Shown here: one piece after another, positions 28,097-36,693 of the stretch | How the letters are laid out: every line of letters starts with the position of its first letter | Numbering within the stretch: position 1 is the first letter of the stretch | Origin: Shigella phage Sfk20 | Sequence record: MW341595 | Direction: 5' to 3' (one strand) | DNA: 64,000 bases | The notes under the pieces: generated by a model | What the model saw: the letters and a program-made list of their open reading frames with translations, nothing else | What the model was told of the DNA's origin: nothing | The model's database searches: none | Translations under genes and position numbers: made by a program

Positions 28097-28369
28097 TTAT
28101 TTGTTTGTATACATCTCTAGATATCGATATACACCCTCAAAACCCTCGTTGAATTCGTCGATGAGGGTTTTCTTATCTTCTTGAGTTAATTCAGAAACAA
28201 TTTTACGGAATGAATTCTGATTTAACTTTCTACCTTCATGCGTTACTCCAATCTCATTCAGAAATGCAATAAAATTAGCGCGATTCTCAACAATATCTTC
28301 TCTGGAAAATTTAATCAAAATAGACGCAACAGTAATAATTTCACGAACTGTATCAATATTTTTATTCAT
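28097..28369 (-). CDS. asiA: anti-sigma-70 factor AsiA
   Basis: 90 aa; matches T4 AsiA. Confidence 0.95.
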   Translation of the reverse strand: MNKNIDTVREIITVASILIKFSREDIVENRANFIAFLNEIGVTHEGRKLNQNSFRKIVSELTQEDKKTLIDEFNEGFEGVYRYLEMYTNK

Positions 28370-28380
28370 TAACTATACCA

Positions 28381-28530
28381 CTCAATTAGTTGACTTTGTT
28401 ATAATATCATCAGACGCTTGATTTGTAAACTGGTCTGTAGTATTTTCTTCAAAAATTTTTTCTACGAATTCCTTGAACGACTTACGTTCCTGAGCTACAT
28501 TATGCTCGATTACCTTTTCAAGATTATGAC
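28381..28530 (-). CDS. small hypothetical protein (49 aa)
   Basis: manual translation MSHNLEKVIEHNVAQERKSFKEF...; ATG adjacent to arn stop; contains asiA early promoter. Confidence 0.35.
28400..28430 (-). promoter_or_regulatory. early promoter for asiA
   Basis: minus-sense GTTTAC-18nt-TATTAT. Confidence 0.5.
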
Positions 28531-28809
28531 TCATTCGAAATAATCTTCAATTTCATAATCATGGACATAAATCATTATAGTTTTTAATACATCATCAATA
28601 CTTTTTCCTGGAACTGGAATTACGTAAAAATATCCCGCCTTTGAATTATCTTTATAAGTTCCAACCAAGAAATCATTATTCTCGAGATGTAGTTCTTCAA
28701 CTAATTCATTAACAATTGAGTGGTATAAATTTGGTAGTAACTTGTATAGCTTTTCTAGAATATCAATTTTGATTGTGTATTGAACCACAGACTGAGAATC
28801 AATAATCAT
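28531..28809 (-). CDS. arn: anti-restriction nuclease Arn (McrBC inhibitor)
   Basis: 92 aa acidic protein; matches T4 Arn. Confidence 0.9.
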   Translation of the reverse strand: MIIDSQSVVQYTIKIDILEKLYKLLPNLYHSIVNELVEELHLENNDFLVGTYKDNSKAGYFYVIPVPGKSIDDVLKTIMIYVHDYEIEDYFE

Positions 28810-28892
28810 AGACCTTCCCCTTATGTTTCTGTTTGCGATTAGATTCTTTAAACGCTTTCTTCTTATCCTTATGGACAGAAGCTTTATTAAAA

Positions 28893-29111
28893 TTATGTTT
28901 TGCGACTAAATTGTTCATAGTGCTGAATTACCTCTCTCAAACATTTGCATGTGAATGAAAACTTTTTAGCTACACCACATTCAAATATATGTTCTCTTAA
29001 ATCGCGTGTGTCAGTATATCCCATCTCAACGATAAAATGTCTTATTAAATTTTTATCTTTATCATTGAGAGAATTAAAATAATCGGATTTTGAATTAATT
29101 TCCCTGGTCAA
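28893..29111 (-). CDS. hypothetical Cys-containing protein (72 aa), arn-motA interval
   Basis: ORF track. Confidence 0.5.
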   Translation of the reverse strand: MTREINSKSDYFNSLNDKDKNLIRHFIVEMGYTDTRDLREHIFECGVAKKFSFTCKCLREVIQHYEQFSRKT

Positions 29112-29391
29112 ATTGAATCACCTTCAGTTGACGTTTTAGTTCTTTTATCATTTCTTCGTTCATCGCAATATAAAGATCGCGTAAAGCGGGTTTTAGCATT
29201 CCATTTACTGGAGAACTAAATGGGCATACATAATTTTTTCCTACGAGCTTTTTAGCGAATTCCATATCACAGAACTGAAATGCCGGTTCATTGGCATAAA
29301 TTCCCCATTTGGTTGACATCATTTTATTGGCATATTCCAACGCCTGGATTTGATTCTTAATTCCATCAATTTGAAACTTTTTAATATTCAT
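29095..29391 (-). CDS. hypothetical protein (98 aa), arn-motA interval
   Basis: ORF track. Confidence 0.55.
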   Translation of the reverse strand: MNIKKFQIDGIKNQIQALEYANKMMSTKWGIYANEPAFQFCDMEFAKKLVGKNYVCPFSSPVNGMLKPALRDLYIAMNEEMIKELKRQLKVIQFDQGN

Positions 29392-29852
29392 TAGTAAAGG
29401 TCCTCAGAGTAAAGTTCTTTTTCACTACCACCGCGTTCAATACGTACTTGTCCGGCGTAAGTTGCAATAATCATTGCTTCTTCACGTGTCCAATAATTAC
29501 TATATTGGTCAATAAACCCTTGGTCATCATCACAAACTTGTTGAGTAACTAATTGAGGTTTAACTACATCTAAAACTTCTGCCATATCTTTAGAATAATG
29601 ACGAGCACCCGGAATAACAAGAGTTCGTCCATCTTTTAATTTAAAACGGTTGGCTGCGCAAACAATTCGTCGTTGATATTTTTGGTTTTCGTCCCAATAC
29701 GCAGTCTGCCAACAGATTTCAGGAACTTCATCTAAAACATTTTGTTCTGTGTATTCACCACTGTAAGAAGCTAATTTAGCAGCCAAACTTTCTGGAGTCT
29801 CACGTGACAAAGCTTTATCTAACAGAGCTAAACGTTCTTTAAAAGTTTTCAT
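29391..29852 (-). CDS. hypothetical protein (153 aa), arn-motA interval
   Basis: ORF track; ATGA overlap with neighbour. Confidence 0.55.
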   Translation of the reverse strand: MKTFKERLALLDKALSRETPESLAAKLASYSGEYTEQNVLDEVPEICWQTAYWDENQKYQRRIVCAANRFKLKDGRTLVIPGARHYSKDMAEVLDVVKPQLVTQQVCDDDQGFIDQYSNYWTREEAMIIATYAGQVRIERGGSEKELYSEDLY

Positions 29853-30178
29853 TTAAACCATCCTTTAATACGCTGCCACAAATTTTTCTGTTGAGCTTTA
29901 TTAACACCAATTGAGCGAATAACTGGTTGAGATTCCTGGAATTCTTTATAATCAGCAAGGTAAATTTCGTAAGCTGCATCCGTAAATGAACTTATCGCCG
30001 CCATAAAATTATTGCGAATACCTACTGGAGCATCTTTACTTTCACGAATAATCATGTATTTACCAGTCTTAATCTTTACGATAGTTCCAAGATAAGCTCC
30101 ATGGTACCAGATGTCCCACCCCTCTTGAGTGGGTTCTGCACAACGACGAAGTTCATTAACAATTTCTAACTTGTTCAT
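29849..30178 (-). CDS. hypothetical protein (109 aa), arn-motA interval
   Basis: ORF track. Confidence 0.55.
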   Translation of the reverse strand: MNKLEIVNELRRCAEPTQEGWDIWYHGAYLGTIVKIKTGKYMIIRESKDAPVGIRNNFMAAISSFTDAAYEIYLADYKEFQESQPVIRSIGVNKAQQKNLWQRIKGWFK

Positions 30179-30188
30179 TATTTATTCC

Positions 30189-30824
30189 TCACAGTTCAGA
30201 TGCTACGGTGATTACTGCTTCAATGTTTTCCGCCGAGCGTTTAATGTCAAGATACACATTACCGTTTTTAGCGATTTTACATGACATTCCGATATCAGTA
30301 AATTTCTGAATATGATGTTCCATCATTTTGTATCCAAAAATTCGCATATTTCCATTGTTATTAATTTCAAAATTGCGAATTCCGTGAGTGCGTTTTTCTA
30401 AAATAGCAAGATAGTTACTGCGGTAAGTTTCAACCTTTTTAAGAACAAATCCATTTTCATCTAAAAGTTTTATCATGAAGTCTTTATCTTCTTCCATATC
30501 GGAAGTAATCTCACGAGCTTTACGAGTTGCTCGTTTTTTCAGTAGTTCAGGAGCATTTTCCTGTGCATATAAAGTTGCCGCATTTGAAATAATATCCTGA
30601 GCTTCGCCTGTAATGATTAATCCATCACCAGATTTCTCCACCAGGCCTTTTTTAATCAATACCCCAATATTACTATTAACTACTGCGTTACCTAAATCTG
30701 GATGCACCTCACGAACTTCTGCAGCTGTAATGAAATCTTTCTTAGCAATGGTAATTAAAATTGCAGCAGTTTTTTCATTCAGAACATCGTTAGAAGCTTT
30801 GATGATGTAAGTTACTTTAGACAT
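30189..30824 (-). CDS. motA: middle transcription activator MotA
   Basis: 211 aa; matches T4 MotA. Confidence 0.95.
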   Translation of the reverse strand: MSKVTYIIKASNDVLNEKTAAILITIAKKDFITAAEVREVHPDLGNAVVNSNIGVLIKKGLVEKSGDGLIITGEAQDIISNAATLYAQENAPELLKKRATRKAREITSDMEEDKDFMIKLLDENGFVLKKVETYRSNYLAILEKRTHGIRNFEINNNGNMRIFGYKMMEHHIQKFTDIGMSCKIAKNGNVYLDIKRSAENIEAVITVASEL

Positions 30825-30845
30825 TTTCTAATCTCCGTAATTCTG

Positions 30846-30902
30846 TATCAGTAGTTGATAGTTGTATAGTACCACAGTATGCTTTGGAGAGCCTCGGCTC
30901 TC
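30846..30902 (-). promoter_or_regulatory. hairpin plus promoter cassette upstream of motA
   Basis: GGAGAGCC-GAGG-CTCTCC hairpin followed by the shared GTTGATAGTTGTATAGTACCACAG element. Confidence 0.5.
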
Positions 30903-30909
30903 CCTAAAA

Positions 30910-31059
30910 TTACTGCATAACTGTGATAACTGTCATGATAACACGTTGAATTCCGAACGCAAGAAGACCTCCTGCTACGGCTGGAACAACACCTAAACCC
31001 GCCAGTAAAATGCTACCAGATACTAATGCAGCGCTTGTGATACCAATGAATGGACTCAT
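30910..31059 (-). CDS. small hydrophobic membrane protein (49 aa)
   Basis: manual translation MSPFIGITSAALVSGSILLAGLGVVPAVAGGLLAFGIQRVIMTVITVMQ; start overlaps gene 52 stop. Confidence 0.45.
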   Translation of the reverse strand: MSPFIGITSAALVSGSILLAGLGVVPAVAGGLLAFGIQRVIMTVITVMQ

Positions 31060-32384
31060 TTGATTTCCTCTAAATCTTTAGTGTATTCTGTAACTACATC
31101 AGTAGTTTTCCAATATTCGTTTTCTTCTTTTTTAGCTTTAGCTTCTTCAGCAAGTTTCTTTGCTTCGTCGGAAGTCATATGAAAAATATTCATTCCAACT
31201 AGTTTATCAACATAAGAAGAATACATATCAATTTTAGAAAGTTCTTCGGTCAGTTCTTTGCGAGTTTTACCCTGTACAACAATTTCACCTGAAATTACTT
31301 TCTTAATGAAATGTGCCTTGGCAAAGGCTAAACGAAATGCTGATTCAGTTTCTTTGATTTTGTTATCAATTCGTTTTTGGACATAAGTTTTACGAACTTC
31401 AACGAAGTCTTTGATTAAATCAACTACGTTATCGTAAACTTGTAGTTTTCCTTTCTCATTAATAACGGTAATATTCTGGGAACGACGCTCAATCAACCCG
31501 AAGTCTTTCATAATTTTTGCATGACGTTCTTCTTCGTTATCACTCAAAGAGTATTCTTTACGGAATTTAACTTTAAAGCCAAAACCATGCTCACCGCAAG
31601 CATCATCCCACGTAATGAAACCTTTATCTTCAAGCGGGTCTAAGATTTTACTCACGTAAGTTTCACGATCATACTTATATGGAATCTCAGTGATATGCAT
31701 TTGAGTTCGTGAAGTAAACTTGTATGTTCCACGAATTTCATATTGACCGTCAATTTCAACGACTTCACCGCGAAATTCTGGGAATTCTACCTTCGGTTTA
31801 GTTACTTTCTTTCCTTGAAGAGCTTGCAATACAGCTTTCTTGACAGAAGAAACACTATGAGGAAGAATGTAAGTTGCATAACCAGTTGCAATACCGGAAA
31901 CACCATTAAGAAGAACAGTAGGAATAATAGGCAAATAGAAAGCAGGCGGAATGTGTTCTTTATCTTGATGTACCGGAGCATATTCAGTATCTTTATATAC
32001 GCTATAGAAATTTTTACTTACACGAGCAAAAATATAACGACTTGCCGCTGCTTTTTGAACGGTACGAGAACCAAAGTTTCCTTGACCATCTAACAAAGGA
32101 AAGTTATTATTCCAAGTATTAGCCATCAAAGCACCTGCGTCTTGTGCAGAGTTTTCACCATGATGATATCCAAGGTCTGCTACACCACCTGCAATAGAAG
32201 CGAGTTTGTGAAACTTATCTTTATTTCCTCGTGCCAAATCAAGGGCTCGAGCAATAACAAATCGTTGAACTGGCTTAAATCCATCAATCATATTTGGGAT
32301 AGCACGATTTTCAACCGTGTACATAGCATAAGCCAATGCTTCATTATCAATGATACTTTTTAAATCACGATTATTCAGTTGCAT
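31056..32384 (-). CDS. 52: DNA topoisomerase II medium subunit (GyrA-like)
   Basis: 442 aa; matches T4 gp52. Confidence 0.95.
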   Translation of the reverse strand: MQLNNRDLKSIIDNEALAYAMYTVENRAIPNMIDGFKPVQRFVIARALDLARGNKDKFHKLASIAGGVADLGYHHGENSAQDAGALMANTWNNNFPLLDGQGNFGSRTVQKAAASRYIFARVSKNFYSVYKDTEYAPVHQDKEHIPPAFYLPIIPTVLLNGVSGIATGYATYILPHSVSSVKKAVLQALQGKKVTKPKVEFPEFRGEVVEIDGQYEIRGTYKFTSRTQMHITEIPYKYDRETYVSKILDPLEDKGFITWDDACGEHGFGFKVKFRKEYSLSDNEEERHAKIMKDFGLIERRSQNITVINEKGKLQVYDNVVDLIKDFVEVRKTYVQKRIDNKIKETESAFRLAFAKAHFIKKVISGEIVVQGKTRKELTEELSKIDMYSSYVDKLVGMNIFHMTSDEAKKLAEEAKAKKEENEYWKTTDVVTEYTKDLEEIK

Positions 32385-32386
32385 AA

Positions 32387-32529
32387 ATTTACCATACTAG
32401 TGAATGTAGTGCCATAATAACATCAGAAATGAAAAGCACGACTTGAATTAATCCGAACATTACTCCATAATATAGTGCTACCAATAAAGTAGCAAGGGCT
32501 AATGAATAGCCCAAGATTTTCTTAATCAT
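32387..32529 (-). CDS. small membrane peptide (46 aa)
   Basis: manual translation MIKKILGYSLALATLLVALYYGVMFGLIQVVLF... Confidence 0.35.
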
Positions 32530-32680
32530 TAGTAGATAACAACACAAATGTTAAATATGCACACATACCCTGGGCTAAAGCTTGTGAAAACACACTGCTA
32601 GCATCGATACAGATAGTTAAAACACATGCTACTATCCAACAAATAAATGAAATAACTCCTAATAATTTTGCGATATTCAT
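32522..32680 (-). CDS. small membrane peptide (52 aa from internal ATG)
   Basis: track ORF 32522..32710; ATG MNIAKLLGVISFICWIVACVLTI... preceded by GAGGAG RBS. Confidence 0.45.
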   Translation of the reverse strand: MNIAKLLGVISFICWIVACVLTICIDASSVFSQALAQGMCAYLTFVLLSTND

Positions 32681-32690
32681 AATATTCTCC

Positions 32691-32846
32691 TCAACTATTT
32701 TTAGAACCAATGTACGCGAATAATGATAAAATCGCTAATACGCCCTGAGCTGATGCCTGCAAAAATACTGAAGTTTCTCCAGTTATTACTGTTCCGACGC
32801 ATAAAAAGAACCAGCAGAAAAAGGCTATACCGTGAACAAATTTCAT
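32691..32846 (-). CDS. small membrane peptide (51 aa), paralogue of the preceding one
   Basis: manual translation MKFVHGIAFFCWFFLCVGTVITGETSVFLQASAQGVLAILSLFAYIGSKNS. Confidence 0.45.
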   Translation of the reverse strand: MKFVHGIAFFCWFFLCVGTVITGETSVFLQASAQGVLAILSLFAYIGSKNS

Positions 32847-32858
32847 ATTTTCCTCACT

Positions 32859-32874
32859 GGCGTCCGAAGACGCC
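32859..32874 (-). promoter_or_regulatory. GC tetraloop hairpin downstream of ndd
   Basis: GGCGTC-CGAA-GACGCC. Confidence 0.45.
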
Positions 32875-32933
32875 TTTGGTTTTAAGATTGTTACGATAGA
32901 ACTGCATCACATGTTCGTTATGGAAATTACTCA

Positions 32934-33389
32934 TTAATATGCCTGCAAAACAAATTTAAAGTTATCAGCCAACATACGGTTCATTTCTTCAAGCGTTTGA
33001 TACTCAGAATGATGATTACGAGTAAACGCTAAAGCTAACTGACCTTTTCCAAATCCCGTCGTCAGAGGTTTCATCTTAGAAGCAGGTAGATAAAATACCG
33101 TGTATGGAACATTGTTATTTACAATAGTACGCGCAAGCTGAGACCGACGTTGACGAATATGACTTAAAACTGCACTAAACCCTTGCTTAGAACGCTGATT
33201 ACCTACATAAAATCGTGCAGATACGCATGGACTACTAAATGGACCACCGAGTTTACTCACTAAAAAGTAAAATCCAGGTTTAGATAAAATATCTTTGTGC
33301 GGAGTTCCCAAAAACCATTCACCGCCCTTGATTGTACCAATAACAGTTGCGCCTGCATTATTCAAATCAGTAACAGTCATGTATTTCAT
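32934..33389 (-). CDS. ndd: nucleoid disruption protein Ndd
   Basis: 151 aa; matches T4 Ndd. Confidence 0.9.
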
Positions 33390-33448
33390 ATTAATTTCCT
33401 CTAATTATTTTCTACTCCAAGGCCGCATGAATACACACGGCCGATAAA

Positions 33449-33664
33449 TTAATCGTCGCAGTCGACGCTCAATTCCCAGAACTCTTCTACAGTATAAGTT
33501 TCAGTATCATTTTCAATACAGAAACGTTCATTACTGTTGTTTGCTAAAGTAGCATTAACTGTCATTTTCTCGCTAGTGCTCTTAAGAGGTGAAATACGAA
33601 TTAACTGATCACCGCTATCCAAACAAAAAATTTCGCCAACTTTTACATCTTTAAAAATTTTCAT
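33449..33664 (-). CDS. hypothetical acidic protein (71 aa)
   Basis: ORF track. Confidence 0.5.
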   Translation of the reverse strand: MKIFKDVKVGEIFCLDSGDQLIRISPLKSTSEKMTVNATLANNSNERFCIENDTETYTVEEFWELSVDCDD

Positions 33665-33779
33665 AATTCACCTCAGGGAGTATAAAATCCAAATGCAGTT
33701 GTTGACCATCCCATCCAATACGGAAAATTTGCACCAACGTAAAACATGAGAATATAAAACCAACCACTCAGCAAATTTA

Positions 33780-33998
33780 TCATTTTACACCATTCCAAAT
33801 TGTTTCAACCACAGATTTTAAGCCATTTTGATGAATGTCCATTCCGACAACCGTCATCAAATAAATTCCAACTACAACTGAACCTAAGGCGAAAATCAGC
33901 ATGAAAATGAATAAAGCTGGAAAAATATTATCGAAAAACCATTCAATAAATGTAAAAGCACTGCGTTTACGCTTCATATTTTCCTCACATAAATCCAA
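33780..33998 (-). CDS. small membrane protein (72 aa or shorter)
   Basis: ORF track; strongly hydrophobic C-terminal half. Confidence 0.45.
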   Translation of the reverse strand: MDLCEENMKRKRSAFTFIEWFFDNIFPALFIFMLIFALGSVVVGIYLMTVVGMDIHQNGLKSVVETIWNGVK

Positions 33999-34098
33999 AG
34001 CAAGCGTTTAATACATCAATCATTAAAACGATTGGGAATATACTCAAAACTACTAATATTATAACTACATTCCATATAGCTTTAACAATCTTTTTCAT
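33985..34098 (-). CDS. small membrane peptide (about 37 aa)
   Basis: internal ATG MKKIVKAIWNVVIILVVLSIFPIVLMIDVL... within track ORF 33985..34233. Confidence 0.35.
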   Translation of the reverse strand: MKKIVKAIWNVVIILVVLSIFPIVLMIDVLNACFGFM

Positions 34099-34122
34099 TT
34101 TGTGTTCCTCCGTAGTTGATAG

Positions 34123-34156
34123 GGTAATAATACCACAGAGGAACAGTCTTGTAAAC
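34123..34156 (-). promoter_or_regulatory. early promoter/stem-loop cassette
   Basis: GTTTAC plus shared CAGAGGAACAGTCTTGTAAACA block also present at 60251-60293. Confidence 0.5.
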
Positions 34157-34373
34157 AACTTTTTTAAAAATATTCGTAATAAATGTGAATACCAACTACT
34201 ACTGCTGAAACTTGCGCAACCCACCACGCACAAGCAATAAGCACAGAATTCAAAATTTTCATAATAACCTCATCACAAAAGTAAATGTTAAACAAATTAA
34301 TGGAATACTAATTAACCAAATAAAACACCACCACAATGAACTCATAGTTCAATCTCAACGATTTTCATTTTAC

Positions 34374-34592
34374 TCAATAATCTGCTAAAAGATCGACGAT
34401 TGCATCACGAAGACACTTATTCGCAATACGTTTAAGAGCAATTTCAGTTTCTGGAGCATTTTGAATAATCATTGAATTCAATTCAGCCTCAGCAAACTGA
34501 AGTTCTTTAACTAATTCAGCTTTATATTTTCCTTGCCCTTTCTTAGCTTTTGCTCGTTTTAATTCAGCTGTAGTAAACATTTTATTCTCCAA
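34374..34592 (-). CDS. hypothetical basic helical protein (72 aa)
   Basis: ORF track. Confidence 0.5.
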   Translation of the reverse strand: MENKMFTTAELKRAKAKKGQGKYKAELVKELQFAEAELNSMIIQNAPETEIALKRIANKCLRDAIVDLLADY

Positions 34593-34603
34593 ATCCGTAT
34601 CAG

Positions 34604-34644
34604 TTGATAGTTGTATAGTACCACAGTCCTTGTGGTATGTAAAC
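34604..34644 (-). promoter_or_regulatory. early promoter with stem-loop (PeSL-like), full copy
   Basis: minus-sense GTTTAC-ATACCACAAGGACTGTGG-TACTATACAACTATC; CCAC...GTGG stem between -35 and -10. Confidence 0.55.
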
Positions 34645-34662
34645 TGTTTTGTGAAAAATTTT

Positions 34663-35220
34663 TTAAATGGAAAGATACCATCCGTTGTAGTTGCTTTTTC
34701 TTACAACCTTACGAAGGTCTTCTCTATCACCGATGAACTTCGGAGTGTACTGGATGACACCTGGATGAATTTCTTTAGTGTTGAATATAATTATACAGTC
34801 AGCGACCTGATGATTCAGAATGGGCCCTAGATTTATTCCAGAACCGTATGGATACTCTCCGCTGCATCCGGTTGTTACCGAAATCCAACGTGAGTCAGTT
34901 TGATGTGTCTTAACTTCTACACGAAGCCCGCAGTATCTTGGATGCGCCAATACATCCCATGCGTATGTATACGGGTCATTAACATCCTCTTGGCCTTTGT
35001 TAACATACCCGCTTAGCCAATCTGCTACAAAAAACTCTGCGTACACCGCGATACGACATCTTTCGATAACTTCTGCTTTATCCTGGTTCGGGTTTTGTTT
35101 TAAAGAGTATCTTGCTGTATCAGCAATTTTGACCTTCATTTCACTAGTCAAGTCACTGTTCGATAGGGTAAATGTCGGAATCTGAAATAGTCTCTGTAAA
35201 CCCGGATTCGTTTTCTGCAT
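34663..35220 (-). CDS. denB: endonuclease IV
   Basis: 185 aa; matches T4 DenB. Confidence 0.9.
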   Translation of the reverse strand: MQKTNPGLQRLFQIPTFTLSNSDLTSEMKVKIADTARYSLKQNPNQDKAEVIERCRIAVYAEFFVADWLSGYVNKGQEDVNDPYTYAWDVLAHPRYCGLRVEVKTHQTDSRWISVTTGCSGEYPYGSGINLGPILNHQVADCIIIFNTKEIHPGVIQYTPKFIGDREDLRKVVRKSNYNGWYLSI

Positions 35221-35482
35221 TTAGACTTTCCTTTTTACCGCTGAGATAAGCGTTATATACTTTAAGAGTGCCGTAATAAATTCGGTCATTTTCGTCTAAA
35301 GACTCATGGTCGAGTTCATCAAGTTCCTTTTTATCCATGACTATAACATCATTACAGTAAAGAAACCCAAGTTTTTCGTGACCAAACTCAAATTTATTGC
35401 AGTACACAATATTAGCGTGATGGTTTCCGTGCAGTTTAATCTCTTTTATGTCGGAATCACTGATATTCATACAGTAAATCAT
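35153..35482 (-). CDS. hypothetical acidic protein (109 aa), overlaps denB start
   Basis: ORF track; 68-nt overlap with denB makes boundaries uncertain. Confidence 0.4.
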   Translation of the reverse strand: MIYCMNISDSDIKEIKLHGNHHANIVYCNKFEFGHEKLGFLYCNDVIVMDKKELDELDHESLDENDRIYYGTLKVYNAYLSGKKESLNAENESGFTETISDSDIYPIEQ

Positions 35483-35500
35483 AATTTTTCCTTAAAACAA

Positions 35501-35517
35501 AAGGGCCGAAGCCCCTT
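35501..35517 (-). terminator. GC UUCG-tetraloop hairpin with T-run
   Basis: minus-sense AAGGGGC-TTCG-GCCCTT followed by TTTGTTTT. Confidence 0.5.
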
Positions 35518-35520
35518 ATT

Positions 35521-35715
35521 TTATTTGAATTGTGCAATTCTTTTTTCTAAACAATCTGCGTAAGATTTCATTGAGATGAACTGTGAAAGCAGTAATTCTT
35601 GCTCAACTTCATTAATTGTTAGAAACTTTGTACTTTCTAAAAATTTGCTCAGTGCATTAATTTTGAGCATTAATTGATCGTATTCTTCTTTTACTCGTGC
35701 TTGATAACCTAACAT
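35521..35715 (-). CDS. hypothetical helical protein (64 aa) flanked by twin hairpins
   Basis: ORF track. Confidence 0.5.
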   Translation of the reverse strand: MLGYQARVKEEYDQLMLKINALSKFLESTKFLTINEVEQELLLSQFISMKSYADCLEKRIAQFK

Positions 35716-35730
35716 AATTTTCCTTAGTTA

Positions 35731-35745
35731 AGGGCCGAAGCCCTT
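35731..35745 (-). promoter_or_regulatory. intercistronic GC hairpin between rIIB and the 64-aa ORF
   Basis: AAGGGC-TTCG-GCCCTT directly after rIIB stop. Confidence 0.45.
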
Positions 35746-36682
35746 ATTTAAATTGTTCAGTAACGTCTTCAACTACTTCGTATTGGCAGGTACGCATTTT
35801 AGCATCGTTGTAATCAATCGGAATTGATACTACATCGCGAGGATGTACTTTAACTTTTACAACTCGACTAGTTGAACTACCAAAGTGACGAATATAAGAT
35901 TTAGAACACACATGCAGACCACGAGAACAAGTTTGTGTATCATCATCGTTCACACGAGTACGTGGCATTTTAACTACTTTACCAGGACTGTTATCAAAAG
36001 TATTTGAATGACAGTCAAAGTAATTGCTGCGAACTACTTTCCAAGCATAGAAGTAGCCATCTTCTGTAATTTCAATATCGTTTGCTACCAAGAAATCAAA
36101 GAGTCGAGATACCGCTTTTTGGCTTGGGTTTTCCAACAGATTTTCCAGGAACGGAAAATAAAATTCAAAGTTTTCACCTTTTTCCATCGAATCGAGAATA
36201 CGATCAACTAAACCAGACCGCAATTCAATATTTTGATAGAACAAGCTTCCACCTTCAATTCGAACATCACCGGAAATATATTTTTCAACAGCGCGACGAA
36301 CATTAATTTTTTGTGCCGCTTCTTCCAATTTATCTGCAACAAGCAGATTAAGAATTTCCTGGAAGTTTGAATGAGTATTAGGAGTTGCGTTATAAGTTAC
36401 ACCGTCAACAGTAATTGAAATGAATTTTTTAGATGCATTCCAAATAATGTCAGATTTAGCAACTGGAGCAATAGCTACATCGCTATTAACTTTAACTGTA
36501 ATATCACCGCTAATAGTAACTTTAGAGCGCTCAGCTTCTTCAGCATTTTTCAAAACACGACGGATTGTGTCAACCGATACACCTTGCCAATCAGCCAATT
36601 CCTGTTGGGTATAATTACCACTTGAATACAGTTTGACAATTTCAGCTTGTTCGTTTTTGGTCAGGCATTTAATATTGTACAT
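35744..36682 (-). CDS. rIIB: rIIB protein
   Basis: 312 aa; matches T4 rIIB. Confidence 0.95.
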   Translation of the reverse strand: MYNIKCLTKNEQAEIVKLYSSGNYTQQELADWQGVSVDTIRRVLKNAEEAERSKVTISGDITVKVNSDVAIAPVAKSDIIWNASKKFISITVDGVTYNATPNTHSNFQEILNLLVADKLEEAAQKINVRRAVEKYISGDVRIEGGSLFYQNIELRSGLVDRILDSMEKGENFEFYFPFLENLLENPSQKAVSRLFDFLVANDIEITEDGYFYAWKVVRSNYFDCHSNTFDNSPGKVVKMPRTRVNDDDTQTCSRGLHVCSKSYIRHFGSSTSRVVKVKVHPRDVVSIPIDYNDAKMRTCQYEVVEDVTEQFK

Positions 36683-36693
36683 AATTTTCCTTA

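Noticed and set aside
31743-32363. Plus-strand ORFs antisense to gene 52
   Set aside because: Antisense artefacts within a well-supported topoisomerase gene.
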